A DNA stretch of 63,602 nt, filler included, from Nemertoderma westbladi (GCA_032718475.1; 5 parts of 5 records of this genome joined end to end with filler, not necessarily neighbours in it); one strand, 5' to 3'; positions 22,961 through 35,324 are shown, counted from the whole stretch's first letter. Notes: generated by a model from the letters alone, not told the origin. Numbers and translations are program-made.

Positions 22961-24174
22961 GCCCAAGGGGGGGGGTTGTAAGGATGTACTGATGTAGAGC
23001 GATCAGCGATAGACATAAAAGCTGGAGTGCGGAGCATCGAGCTGTATAATGACGTATAGCTCGAGCTCGAGCTGTAGGGCTCTAGCGTCTAGGCCTATGT
23101 ACAACAGTACAATCCTACTGTACCGCAGTCCCTGCGTATCTGCTGGTGTATGGGGCGAGCCATGTAGTATGGTGAGTTCATATTACTACAGGGGTCGTCA
23201 TTGGATTTACGAAACACATGGTGTAAATAACGCAAACAGAACCAACAATGTAATTAAAATTAACTTTGTAACAACACAATCGGTGTCGTAACTACAGAAA
23301 TTAAATATTTTATTTTTTCTAGAACATAGTTCTTGAGTTGACATTTAAACGGTTTTATTTTACAATTTTATGAACTTGATTCTTTTGGTTATTAACCCCC
23401 ACAATTAATTCCTTATTTACCGCCTAAAATTTTCAATGTAAACATTATTTCTAATTAAATTACGTTAAATAACGAAAAGGAAATACAAATCTATAAAATA
23501 TTTAAAATAATTTATTTGGTGGTGGGTAATAAACCATAAGGGTACAAGGGGGACCTTTTTCGTAATTTACCCGAAAACGATTATCAATTAATATTTTATT
23601 TTGAAGTTAATCGTCGCTTCTAAACCTACTGGTAATTTTTAAAGAGGAAATACTACAGTAGCTACAGTAGTACTTGACTTAGTTCAACCTGAATAATTTC
23701 AGGTAGCTAACAGTATTTTTGCAGATTTTATTAGCAACTAAAAAGTTTTTGTTAAATTTAATATAAGAACAACATGGCAAAGCCTAACTAACGTCTTAAT
23801 TTTACGCTGTTTTAACATTTTCGAGATTTTTCATTGAAATTTATGATGCAGGCTAGTCTTTTTATGGCATCTTCCAACATTATATACAGTACCTATAAAA
23901 ATCAAATTCTGTCTCTCTCTCTCTCTCTCTCCCTGTCTGTCTCTCTGCCGGAGGGATTGCGGTGGGAATTGGCATGTGTGTATAACCTTATCCAGCGGTC
24001 GTTATAGGCCACTTTTCGAAAAGTTTAATTCACTTTCGGTACCGGTACGCCAGTAGGACTATACCGGTAGCGGGAAATACCTGGTAACCCGCCTCGGGTA
24101 TTGCCTGCTAGTTTAGTCATAAAATTAAAAAAATATCTGTTTTGTATTTCATGTTCAATTGTTTTATTTATGTA

Positions 24175-24306
24175 AAGCAAGCAGACAGTCGGCCGAAGCC
24201 GGAGGCGACCCGAAGGCTCCTCTTTCGATAGCCGCTACCCGAGGGTAGGGGTGGGCGCTACTCCTATCCCATGATTTGCTCGCTCCCAGTTATTTAACTG
24301 GTACTC
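24175..24306 (-). repeat. Structured retroposon/SINE 3' segment ending in (GCTT)n (second copy at ~49222-49352)
   Basis: Near-identical ~125-bp copies; hairpins ggcTTCGgcc, gccTTCGggt, taccctcgggta. Confidence 0.75.
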
Positions 24307-24375
24307 TTTATTTATGTAGATTGTTTTATATGAGACCAAATGAAGATATCTAGTGTTTTTTTTTTTTAAGGCATT

Positions 24376-25927
24376 ACTATGTTATGGGTACCCACTTGTT
24401 GACCAATTTTTATTATATGAAAATGGCTTTTATCATGAGGTTTTTTGTTCTAATACAAATATTTAACCTTCTCCCGGTAAGATGGTAGCTAGTAATTTTG
24501 ATTTTTTGTTAGCTAGTACTTTTTATTAGCTAGTGAAAAAAATTATAATTGAAAAATTGAAAAAAAAATTGACCAACTTTTTTCTTGTAAAAATGGCTTT
24601 TATTAGGAGGTTTTTTGTTCTACAACAAATATTTGACCTTCTGACATTAAGATGGTAGCTATTACTTTTGATTTTGTGTTAGCTAGTACTTTTGGCTAGA
24701 GTTCCGTACCGGTATGTGCCAACATTTTTAGTTTGCTCTAAAATGTGTTTAGTTTACCAGCTACTACTTTTTAATGTTAGTGTGAAGTATTCTAGGATAG
24801 GTACTACTATGTTATGGGGTACCCACTTTTTGACCATTTATTTGACAATGTTAATGGCTATTATCTTGAGGTTTTTTGTTTTAGAACATTAATGTCATCT
24901 TCTGTTAGACGTTAGCTATTGTTTTTTTTATGGTAGCTAGTGATTTCTTTTAGGTAGCTACTGTTTTTAAAATTACAAAACCAAATTTTTGGTACCTAAT
25001 TTTTGATCAATTTTTTTACCATATTATTGGATATTATCATGATGTTTTTCGTTCTAGAACATAAATTTCACCTTCTGAGAGAGGTTACCTATTATTATTT
25101 ATTAAGGTAGCTAGTGTTTTTAAAGGTAGCTAGTGATCTTAAAATTACAAAATAATATTTTGGACCATGTTAATGGATATTATCAAGATGGTTTTTTGTT
25201 CTAGAACATAAATTATTTCACCTTCTGAGAGAGGTTAGCTATTATTTTTTATTATGGTAGCTAGTGTTTTTAAAGGTAGATAGTGATCTTAAAATTACAA
25301 AAGAAATTTTGTAGTGCCCCTTTTATTTAGACAATTTCCATATCATCAATATTCTCGAAATGACTAATAAAAAGATAAATAAATCTAGTAATAAGTAAAA
25401 TAGGCCTAAATAAGTAAAATATGTAAAAACTCTTTTTGACATCTGCCTATATTTTGTATAAAATATAAAAAACTAGCTAGTGAATAATTACTAGCTACTT
25501 TGACTATCAAATAAAAATTACTAGCTACCCATGACTCATAAATTATTCCATGCAAATATATAATTGAGAATTAAATTACCGGTATATCTTACATTTACTA
25601 GCTAATAAATAGTACTAGCTAACACAAAATTAAAAGTACTAGCTACCATCTTACTGTCAGAAGGTCAAATATTTGTTCTAGATAAAAAACCTCATAATAA
25701 AATATATTTTTACAAGAAAAAAGTTGGTCAATTTTTTTTTCAATTTTTCAATTATAATTTTTTTCACTAGCTAATAAAAAGTACTAGCTATAACACAAAA
25801 TCAAAATTACTAGCTACCATCGTACTGGCAGAAGGTTAAATATTTGTTCTAGAACAAAAAACCTCATGATAAAAGCCATTTTCATATGAAAAAATTTGTT
25901 TAAAAAGTGGGTACCCATAACATAGTA
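24376..25927. mobile_element. AT-rich foldback element with ~315-bp inverted arms
   Basis: 24376-24690 is the reverse complement of 25611-25927; internal subrepeats are rich in tagctag and ttctagaac. Confidence 0.8.
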
Positions 25928-26185
25928 GTACCCTAGGATATTTCGAATTAATTTTTTGTTAAATATTGTTCTAGAACATATAATTTTTTGTTCTAGAACA
26001 TTTTTAAAAAATTCTATTTTTTTTGTTTTTTTAACACTTTTTTGTATAATTAACATATATCGGTACTAGTGTGTTATAGCTACACCCCACCCAAAATTTT
26101 TATTACTAGCTAGTTTTTGCTATTTCTTTTTTTGAAATGTTCTAGAACATGAAATACATTTGAAAAAAAATAATAAAATGTTCTA

Positions 26186-26285
26186 NNNNNNNNNNNNNNN
26201 NNNNNNNNNNNNNNNNNNNNNNNNNNNNNTTAATTAATTAANNNNNNNNNNNNNNNNNNNNNNNNNNNNNNNNNNNNNNNNNNNN
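26186..26285. other. Artificial contig linker
   Basis: N-TTAATTAATTAA-N. Confidence 0.97.
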
Positions 26286-26500
26286 CAGATAATATACACA
26301 CACTCGCTAATATTGGTTACACCTTGTCATATAATTAATTGCGCTGTAGTTTAGTTGTTAGCACAATATTAGTTAGCCAGATAATATAAACACACACTCG
26401 CTAATATTGGTTACACCTTGTCATATAATTGATTACACTATAGTTCAGTTGTTAGCACAATGTTAGTTAGCCAGATTATATAGGTACACACTCGTCAATA
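26286..26500. repeat. ~93-bp tandem repeat (2-3 copies)
   Basis: cagataatata..cacacactcgctaatattggttacaccttgtcatataatt repeated. Confidence 0.8.
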
Positions 26501-26682
26501 TTTGTTTTATTATAGATACATTTAATTTTAGATGTTAGATGAAAAATAGTTTGCCACCCATTTGATACGACTACAGCTTTATTAACTTTATGAAATGTAT
26601 CTAACATTAGAATTGTTACACACATATGTGAATTTTTGGAATCTAAAAGACCTATTATCCAATACATGGAAATGATACATGA

Positions 26683-26815
26683 TACACCTAACAGTAATCT
26701 TATGGAAACAACACACCTAACAGTAATCGGGTGGAAATAGTACACCTACACCTAACAGTAATCGGGTGGAAGCGATACACCTAACAGTAAACGGGTGGAA
26801 GCGACACACCTAACA
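26683..26815. repeat. ~29-bp minisatellite
   Basis: acacctaacagtaatcgggtggaa, about 5 copies. Confidence 0.8.
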
Positions 26816-27576
26816 TGTATATTTACAATATATTCACATTGCAGCTGCATGGGGGCGCAAGATAAAAAAACACACTGAAAATTTATCTGGCAAATTAAAT
26901 TCACCTAACATAGCTTGAAACTTCGCGAGATGATTTTTTTCGTAATTTGAGACAACTGTTAGCGGAAAGTGTTAGCACAATTGCGAAGTTAGCACAATGA
27001 TTGTGGGAATCTGGCGAAATGTTAGGTGTATTACGCGTTTGCACACACGTACACACATGCGTCCTGAAACACACACGCCTTTTGAGACCTACTAGCTACT
27101 GATTACAATAGGTTACTTCCAATAGGATTTATCTTACAGTTTCTATGTACTATTCTGTAGTTTTGTAATTTATAGATTACAAGTCTAGTCTATTGATCCA
27201 CTAGCTCGTATATAAACCATATAAATCACACCGCGGCAAGTTTACAGTATTTAGGTCCATTAGCGATAGTTAGGATTCGCTGCGCGGGGATTGTTTTCCC
27301 GTGAGTTTGGTCTGTCACTGTAGACTGTACAGTACCCTTGCTGCCAGGTGCAGGTCGCAGTGAAGTGCCCTCAGAGTGGACATGAGAACACTCTACTCCT
27401 AACCAGCCATTGGTAGATCACCATCTGCCTGGTCAGGCCATATACCCCTGCAGCCAAGTATATGGGTCCTTAATCCAGGACCAAGGGCGTCCTTATCCCA
27501 GAACGAAGGGGGTCCTAGTTACAGGACCAGATTTGCCCTAGTAAGAGGGTCTATGCAGCTACAGGTGGCACCTCCT

Positions 27577-29691
27577 TTATGCTGCATGGAGGTGGCAAGT
27601 TTTCTTGATATCTAATGCCACACCAACTGGTCGACCATGTACTATAGCTTTGTGGTTTGGTGGAATTAAAATATTTCGATCGGCGACAACACGGAAGACG
27701 TGTAAATGCTTGGTAGTATTATTTTTATGTTCACTGCTCGTGCTTGTATTAGGCTCACTATTTTCTTGCGCAACTACTTTAGCGTTTGTTGATGGAGAAT
27801 TAACATAATTGGGTGAAAAGGGGTTTGTATTACTAAGTAAAGGTGGTGAATTAATTTCCTGGGCAATAATAGGTTCTGTCTCTTCTAATTGACTTACTGC
27901 TTCCTGAAATACTTTTCTCTCACTGCAGTTAATATGTACACGTAATGCACCTAATGTTCTCAAGCCCAAAATAATTCCAGAATTACACTCTAACTCTTTG
28001 GCAACTAAAGCACGAACCAACGCTGTACGCCCTCCCGCTTCAATGTTTAACCAAACGGCACCTAAAATAGGGATGGTCGTTCCCGCAAAATCCCGTAGAT
28101 ATATTCCAATTGGTTCAATTACTTTTCCCGGTTGTACTTTATTTAGCAATCGTTCGCTAATCATAGTAGTTTGGGCGCCTGTATCTACGACACCTGACTC
28201 AATATAACGGCCCTCTAAAATTACGTCAAGGAACATATCATGAGGGGGTGTTTCAGTAAAATTCACTATTACAGTCTTATTATTGAAAGATGTCGGTGGG
28301 GGATGTCTGTTGCTTGGGAAAAATGTAGGATTACCAACTGGTGATGTATTTTGATTATGTATTGGAGCTGTGTTTCTTATTGTATTATCACTGGGGTGTA
28401 CTGTATAATTCCTATTATTACCATTATTTTGGTGTGATATATTTCTATCGGTATTTCTGTTATAATAAGGTCTAAATTCAGATTGATAATACTCATTGCG
28501 TGAATCAACAGGAGAATAACTATTATAAAGCTGGTGTTGCTGCGGATGGCCGTTGTAATTTTGTTGTCGCCAAGTTCTACTCTGTTGAAAATTACTTTGT
28601 CCCCTGTTTACCCCACTTGGATTACTACTGTGGCCATTAAAACGGTTAAATCTTGGCGGTGGTGGATAATAAGATAAATGTTGATTTTGCCGGTTTGGAT
28701 GCCGAAAGCAATCGATAGTTTTATGGCCAGCTTTAAAACAAATGTCACAAACGATAGTTGCCTTATTATTTTGTGCTAAGGGACCTAGTGTTTGCCGGTC
28801 TAGTGCAGTTACAAGTTTGTCAACAGCCGTTTCTAAATTTGCAAGTCGGTGAGTTAAAGACTGGGAATTACTATCCTTATTAGCTTGATCTCTATTAGTT
28901 TCTCTATAACTGCTTACTACTGTATTGGGATTGAATACCTGGTCCAAATCTGCTCGAGTCAGTGGCAAGGACAAGTTTGGGTTTTCAAGCCTCACACTTT
29001 GCTCTATGTGCCGCGCTATAGCAACCACAGAATCTAAGTCATCCGTTGCTTTGACTTTCTCACTCACTCTAGATAAAATTACCTTCTGTAAACCATGTAA
29101 AAATCTATCCCTCACGCGAATTCGCATATCTCTACTATTACTAGTACTTAATGCACGCTTTGCCACTTGCATAAGTCTTTCATAAAAATCGTCTACACTC
29201 TCATCCGTTTCCTGTTTCATAGCTGAAAAAATTGTATAATAATAAGTTTGACTCTCACCATGGCTAAAACGTAACAACAATTGTTGTTTAAGTTCCTGGA
29301 AGGGAAGTAATTCCAAACGCCCGATATTTTGGTCGTACCATCTGCCCGCTTTTCCCTCTAAATATCCTGGTAAAACTGTTGTACATTTACCTAACGACCA
29401 ATTGTTTGCTATTGCGGCCCGCTCAAAACTTCCTAACCATACGTCCACGGGTGGTACATCAGTATCCCCTGGGAGAGTTTTATCACCACTATATTTACTT
29501 GGTTTTACAAATATGTGAGTATTATTGTTATCATTAATTCTATTTACTATAGAATTCGCATATACTGTACCTGGATCAGAAAATAGTCTACGACCTAGAC
29601 GCTCACCAGAAATAGGTTGTTCTCTAAACGATACAGTTGGGGTATCTGTGTCTCCTAGTAACAGATCTTCTTCTAATCCTCCGTAAGCCAT
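27577..29691 (-). CDS. Ty3/Gypsy Gag-protease (no RT or integrase seen)
   Basis: WL.SFERAAIANNW, YLEGKAGRWY, KQETDESVDDFYERL, DRFLHGL, CDICFKAGHKTIDC, VDTGAQTT; likely start MAYGG at 29691. Confidence 0.88.
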   Translation of the reverse strand: MAYGGLEEDLLLGDTDTPTVSFREQPISGERLGRRLFSDPGTVYANSIVNRINDNNNTHIFVKPSKYSGDKTLPGDTDVPPVDVWLGSFERAAIANNWSLGKCTTVLPGYLEGKAGRWYDQNIGRLELLPFQELKQQLLLRFSHGESQTYYYTIFSAMKQETDESVDDFYERLMQVAKRALSTSNSRDMRIRVRDRFLHGLQKVILSRVSEKVKATDDLDSVVAIARHIEQSVRLENPNLSLPLTRADLDQVFNPNTVVSSYRETNRDQANKDSNSQSLTHRLANLETAVDKLVTALDRQTLGPLAQNNKATIVCDICFKAGHKTIDCFRHPNRQNQHLSYYPPPPRFNRFNGHSSNPSGVNRGQSNFQQSRTWRQQNYNGHPQQHQLYNSYSPVDSRNEYYQSEFRPYYNRNTDRNISHQNNGNNRNYTVHPSDNTIRNTAPIHNQNTSPVGNPTFFPSNRHPPPTSFNNKTVIVNFTETPPHDMFLDVILEGRYIESGVVDTGAQTTMISERLLNKVQPGKVIEPIGIYLRDFAGTTIPILGAVWLNIEAGGRTALVRALVAKELECNSGIILGLRTLGALRVHINCSERKVFQEAVSQLEETEPIIAQEINSPPLLSNTNPFSPNYVNSPSTNAKVVAQENSEPNTSTSSEHKNNTTKHLHVFRVVADRNILIPPNHKAIVHGRPVGVALDIKKTCHLHAA

Positions 29692-29856
29692 TGTGAGAAA
29701 GTATTTTATCGTATACTGTAGCTTGTTCTCAGTCGGATCAACTGGATGTGTGGCCAGTGTCGTTATCAGATTGATTTTCTCTCGATCTCGGTGTCGATCT
29801 ATGAGTTCATCTCGGTGTCGATCTATGAGTTCATCTCGGTGTCGATCTATGAGTTC

Positions 29857-30219
29857 ATCTCGGTGGGACCTCCATGTCAGACCACTCCAGGAGACAGCTG
29901 AAGTGACTGCGGGTGCGGATAGAGTCTGGGTGAGGGAGCGTCGTATTATAATAGAGATAATATATAAAATGAAAAAGGTTTTCAGTATCATTGGTGATCA
30001 GTTATCAGTATTTTATAATTGAAGTTAATTATGTGTTCTAAAGATAAATAATAATAATCTTAATATTCTCTACCGGTACCAACTGTTATAAGGACTTCTG
30101 TCTACTTTTATACATGTAATTGAATGAGCCATCTACTAGTAAATGAAAGATAATGTATTGTAATTGTTATTCCGATACTGGCCGCTAGGTGGTGCATAAA
30201 TTATAATACAGTTGTGACA
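29857..30219 (-). mobile_element. Gypsy 5' LTR (29875-30219, TGTCA...TGACA) and tRNA-Gln PBS (29857-29874)
   Basis: The + strand atctcggtgggacctcca equals the 3' end of metazoan tRNA-Gln plus CCA and abuts tgtcag. Confidence 0.82.
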
Positions 30220-31351
30220 GTAGGCCTACTGGCCTAAGGTAGATGATGATTGAAATTGTGAAATTCCGGTCATTGTATCGATAGGTTATTTCAGTATTTC
30301 AGAACTACAGCCTGACAGTGCTAAGATATTGTTTTGGTAACTGTTTACATTTGTAATTAATTATCGTAAACAATCATGCGTTTGTAAAATTAAAAAGGCA
30401 AAAAGGTTTTGCTAATTGGTGTGTTAGCCTATTTACAGTCTGACAGTTACCGGCACCTTACCTAAACCTAACAAGCCTATACCTACCTACCTACCTGCCT
30501 ACAGACCTATACCTAATACATACGAACTTACCGTAGATTCTACGTTTACAACTGTTGAACTGACAGACAGTACAACTTAGATCCTGTCTTTATCAGTTTA
30601 TGTCTTTGGTGAAAAGATTTTAGGCCAATCGCTTTTGTGGCAAATCGCTACATCTACAACAATCTGACAATGCGGTTTCAGGCCCTGCAGCCCTGTGTAC
30701 CTGTGTACTCGTACTGGTACCGGCAGACCGGTAAGTGGGTAAAGCAACATGGCAGCTCGTCTCTCTTGTAATGTAGTAATGACTGACTACTATTGGGCCC
30801 GGGCAGCCGGGCCTGACATTAGGCCTACTGCTGTACTGCATTATTACAGTATTATTAGCCCTTTCGGTCAATAACTGTAATAGTAATACCGGTACAGTGT
30901 AATCTGGTAATACAGTAATACTAAAACTGTAATACTGTAATAGGCCTACAGCAATCAGGCAATACAGCAATACAGCAATAGGCCTACTGGCCTAGCAATT
31001 TACAGATTTAGCTAGTCCGAAATTTCACATTATTTTTAAAGATTAGAGCCTCATGACTTAGGGTTACCAGTAGGGTCAATAACTGCTTCAATTCCGATTT
31101 GTGCCTGACCAACAAACCCTGGGGGCGGTAACCTAAAAAAACAAACCAAAACAGAAAAACACCACAATCTACAAAACAGGAAAACACCCCAATCCTGCAA
31201 TCTACCAAGTCATTAAGTAACCCAAGTCAGCCAAGTAATATCTGAATATAACGAAAGGAAATAAGACTTAGCAGTACACAGTACCACTACCGGTACAGCA
31301 GTACAGTACTGGTGCATGGAGTGTACTATCCCATACCTATAGACTGGGAGA

Positions 31352-32890
31352 ATGGATGAAGAAGAAATTCTTGCTGCGTTAATCTCTTATAAACAACAAT
31401 TATCGCAGATAGATGATATTATTGTGAGTGGTGGAGGTACTGAGACTGTACTTCAGTTGCAAAAGGATCTAACTGAACTCAAACAAATAACAGAGGAGAG
31501 TTTGATATCTTTAAAAAAAAGCAAATTACTGCGTTTGTTAGATAATGTCGTGCTTGAAAGAAATACACCGCAGCAATCCAGCAGCATTAACATTAAACAT
31601 ACCGATAGTGGTACCAGTACCTCAATTATTGATGGTGAAGTTAATGAATTACAGGGTAATTTACAGCCCTTCGACCAGAAACAATTGAGTACTTTTTTAC
31701 AATCACAATATGTTAAACCTCCATTACCAAGACAACAAGCGGAGTCTGTCATAGAAGGTATGAAGGTTAGAGTTCCATTTACCAACGCTTGGGGTCCCAC
31801 TCAGTCTCACAACGCGGTGGTCCAAAATATCGACTATTTGGACGAGGATTATGTCATCGTTATGTTCGTTACTCCAACCGAACCCGCGATGGTTCCATGC
31901 CGACATTACCTCGCGGGAACCTGTCGGTACACCGCGGGAGATTGCCGACACAGCCATGGTTACCGGGCCCACGTAGACTCACTGACACCCTATGTGGTCC
32001 CCGATGCGTCGCAACTGGTGGAATCCTCGGCCTGTCTGGTGCGGGACGCCCCCAGCGGGGTGTGGCGTCCTGGATTAGTTATCGGGGTTGCGGACGAATC
32101 GTTTACAGTTCGACTCGAATGGAATTTGAGTTCCTTTGAAGTGGATAAATCGATGGTTCTTCCGAGATTCGTTCACTCGGAAGATTCCGAACTATCTTCT
32201 GACTCTTCCGGTGTTCCTCCGAGCGTCTCTTCCGCGACTCCTCCGGCGGGCTCCATCGCTCCTCCCGTCTGCTCCCAACGCCTCGGCTCCTGGGAGCAAC
32301 ACACTCGCGGTATCGCGACCAAACTCATGGCCCGAATGGGCTGGGATCCGTCGCGGCCTGAGGGGTTGGGTTGCCGGGGTGACGGGCGGGTGGAGCCGGT
32401 GGGTGTCGGGCTGCGAGCGCTGCCCGGGGGCGCCTCGTTGGACCGGGTGATGGAGCTGCGAGCGACGGGATCGCGATGGGCAAACGGGACGGGATCGCGG
32501 GGGGCAAACGGAGTGGGATCGGGAGGGGCTAATAAACCTCCGACTAAAAGGAAAGCCGCCGACAACTCCGATGAAACTGCTCGAGTTTTCGACTTTATCA
32601 ACTCAACTTTATCCCGAGTTAACAACTCGAATTCCCAACCTAAGTCCTCCGATATGCCGAAGAATTTAACGGCGAGGCAAATCAATATAAAGTCGGCGGA
32701 GTTGGACGACCGTATCGAGACCAGTCGACGGCGGATCGTCGCGTTGGAAAGGAAACCGCGTCGGAGCGGTTCCGATGACGCGGCGTTACTACGGGAACGG
32801 AGTCGTTGTCTCGGCTTGGAGTCCTCCGAGATGGGTCTGGAGCAGTTGAGACAACGACTGAAACACGATCGCAAATACGTCGACTTTTAG
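31352..32890 (+). CDS. ZGPAT: Zinc finger CCCH-type with G-patch domain protein, single coding exon
   Basis: N-terminal Y..QL..I, SHNAVV, VMFVTPT...M.PC, CCCH (CRHYLAGTCRYTAGDCRHSHG), Tudor-like segment, G-patch WEQHTRGIATKLMARMGW...GLG...GRVEPV, VFDFIN. Confidence 0.92.
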   Translation: MDEEEILAALISYKQQLSQIDDIIVSGGGTETVLQLQKDLTELKQITEESLISLKKSKLLRLLDNVVLERNTPQQSSSINIKHTDSGTSTSIIDGEVNELQGNLQPFDQKQLSTFLQSQYVKPPLPRQQAESVIEGMKVRVPFTNAWGPTQSHNAVVQNIDYLDEDYVIVMFVTPTEPAMVPCRHYLAGTCRYTAGDCRHSHGYRAHVDSLTPYVVPDASQLVESSACLVRDAPSGVWRPGLVIGVADESFTVRLEWNLSSFEVDKSMVLPRFVHSEDSELSSDSSGVPPSVSSATPPAGSIAPPVCSQRLGSWEQHTRGIATKLMARMGWDPSRPEGLGCRGDGRVEPVGVGLRALPGGASLDRVMELRATGSRWANGTGSRGANGVGSGGANKPPTKRKAADNSDETARVFDFINSTLSRVNNSNSQPKSSDMPKNLTARQINIKSAELDDRIETSRRRIVALERKPRRSGSDDAALLRERSRCLGLESSEMGLEQLRQRLKHDRKYVDF

Positions 32891-33467
32891 TATCAGTAAA
32901 TGACTAAGAAAAGTTACTTTATTATCATTTAATATTTAAAAATAAACTATAAAAATATGGCTAAACTAGACACAAACGCACTTAATGTGTACTACCGGTA
33001 TTACTTTTTGAGCGTAAAAATATCACATTTTGGTGCAAAAATATTTTCAAATTGTGACGCAATAAATTTTGTTTAAATTATTATTTATAGTTTTTTTTTT
33101 AATTCCGAAAAAGCATTCCATTATGTTAGTGTTTAGACTAACATAATGGAATTGCCATTGATTGAAAAGTCAGTGATAAAAAAGTCAGTCTTTCATTTGA
33201 GCTTAACTATATTTTTTATACAGTATTATTTTTTAACTCCCCAATAAACTGTTTAAAAGTTAATAATGTTTAATCAATTGATTAATACCATAATACAAAC
33301 TAATCTGGCTGTATCTTATCTTTGTTGAGGGGCTACTGTTCTTTAATTGTTTCGAAAAGTTAATGATTACAAAGATACTGTACTTTGCAACATTGTTGTA
33401 GAGAGTCTTATTCTAGATGTCATTATTGATTGTATTGTTTGATTGTATTGTTTGACTTTTTCACCAA

Positions 33468-35324
33468 ATGACGAACAATATGTCAACTAACGCATTGCTC
33501 TTACTTTGCGGCCCCATCAGGACGATTTCCAACCGAATTCCTTCCATATTTGGCGCCATTAAACTCAAGTTCCCACCTCCCAATCAGTTATACATCCGCT
33601 ACCAACCAGCTAATAGTTCGGTTTCTGTCCCCTTTACTAGCAACTACTTGCGATTGGTTAATGCAATCTACTCTTCAGCTAATAGGAATTTACCTGATAT
33701 TGATGTTAACCTATTGGTTGACAACGTTACCAATCATACAGTTGAAGCTCCCACGATTCAACCAATCAGAGATGAGCTTTCCTTGATTATTGGCACAAAT
33801 ATTCGCGATTATAATATCAAAGAGGTTTCATTGAATGTCTCACGGAGTTTTAGACAAACTAATAATCTTACTTGGTACAATCTTAATGAAAATGATAATT
33901 TAGTTCAATTGACTGGAACTGGTGAAACTGATTCAACGGTATTATTGGAAATATTTGTGAATATTTGTTATTTTTTTATCGTTTGCCAAATATTTTAAAA
34001 ATCTAAATAGTTTTTAAAATATATTTTCTTTTAACTCAGTAAAAATCAATCTTGTTTATTTTAGCGTACAATTATTGATGAATCAAACAAATATAAATTT
34101 AAGATTCTCAAATATTTCTAATTTTTCTTAAAGTATCAAAACCAAGAACTCCTCGCAACCGACTTAAACGAAGGGGGTCTCACCTGTCTAGAGGATAGTT
34201 ACGGAGGAGTCGTACTGGGCGGAACATTTGATCGCCTCCATAACGGACACAAACTCCTCCTCACCGAGTCCTCTCTTCGCGCCCGGCGTCGTCTTGTCTG
34301 CGGCGTGACGTCACAAAAATACATCGCCTGCAGAAAAAGTAAAACCCTTCCGGAACTAATCGAGTCGGAAACCGCTCGGATCCGGGGGGTTTCCGGATTC
34401 CTCCGTAAGATTAAACCCGGAATCGAGTTGTCGGTGGTCCCGATCGACGACCCTTTCGGGCCGTCCACCGTGGATCCCGACCTACAGGCGATCGTAGTGA
34501 GTGAGGAGACCCAACGAGGGGGCGAGGCCGTCAACCGAGAGAGAGCGAGTAAACTATTAAACGTTCTAGAAATACATTGTATCTCCATGTTAGCTGATAG
34601 TGACGGAGAATCCGCGAGTAAAGCGAGTTCTTCGGCTATCCGAAAGGGTTTGTTGGGGCGGCTGTTAAAGCCGCCGCTGTTTAAACGAGATAGTAACGAT
34701 GGTAACGAGAGTAAACCTTATGTGGTTGGGTTGACTGGCGGAATGGGCAGCGGTAAGAGCTCCGTAGCTAAGCGACTAGTTGGTCTAGGGGCGTGGTCTA
34801 TTGATTGCGATTCTTTAGGTCACTCGGTTTATACTGAAGGGTCTCCTGTCTACAGACTAATAATAGAAGAGTTTGGTTCCGATATAGTTAACGAGGATAA
34901 ATCTATAAATAGACGGGTTTTAGGGAGGATTGTATTTAATGATAAAGAGAAACTGAATATTTTGAATTCGTTGGTTTGGCCTCATATTGCGGAGTTGGTA
35001 TCCATGGAGATAGATGCGGCTGGGCGGGCTGGTGCTAAGGTTTGCGTGTTAGACGCTGCCGTTCTATTGGAGGCCGGCTGGGATTCCTTAACCAATGAGG
35101 TTTGGGTTGTTGTTGTTCCTAAAGAAGAAATGGTGATGAGGATTCGGGAAAGAGATACTGATTTGTCATTGGTTGAATTGGAGAGGCGGTTGGCCAATCA
35201 AATGAGTAATTTTGAAAGAGTGGATCATGGTAATGTTGTTTTATCAACTCTATGGTCTTATGAAGAGACTCAGCAACAAGTAGAAAAGGCGTGGTCATTA
35301 TTAATGGGCAGAATTACTAATTAA
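33468..35324 (+). CDS. COASY: Bifunctional coenzyme A synthase (PPAT + dephospho-CoA kinase); exon 1 33468-33938 (or 33956), exon 2 34134-35324
   Basis: GGTFDRLHNGHK, DPFGPS, IVVSEET..GGEAVN, GLTGGMGSGKS, LNSLVWP, DAAVLLEAGW, LSTLW...TQQQVEKAW; phase-0 GT donors at 33939/33957 and ttttcttaaAG acceptor at 34133. Confidence 0.9.

Noticed and set aside
29692-29991. Signal-peptide-like N-terminus and HRDELIDR repeats on the 804-aa ORF
   Set aside because: Translation of the LTR, PBS and leader upstream of the likely gag ATG at 29691.
32173-32874. Long antisense ORFs over ZGPAT (and similarly over COASY, CCT4 and the BEL region)
   Set aside because: Shadow ORFs of GC-rich coding sequence.
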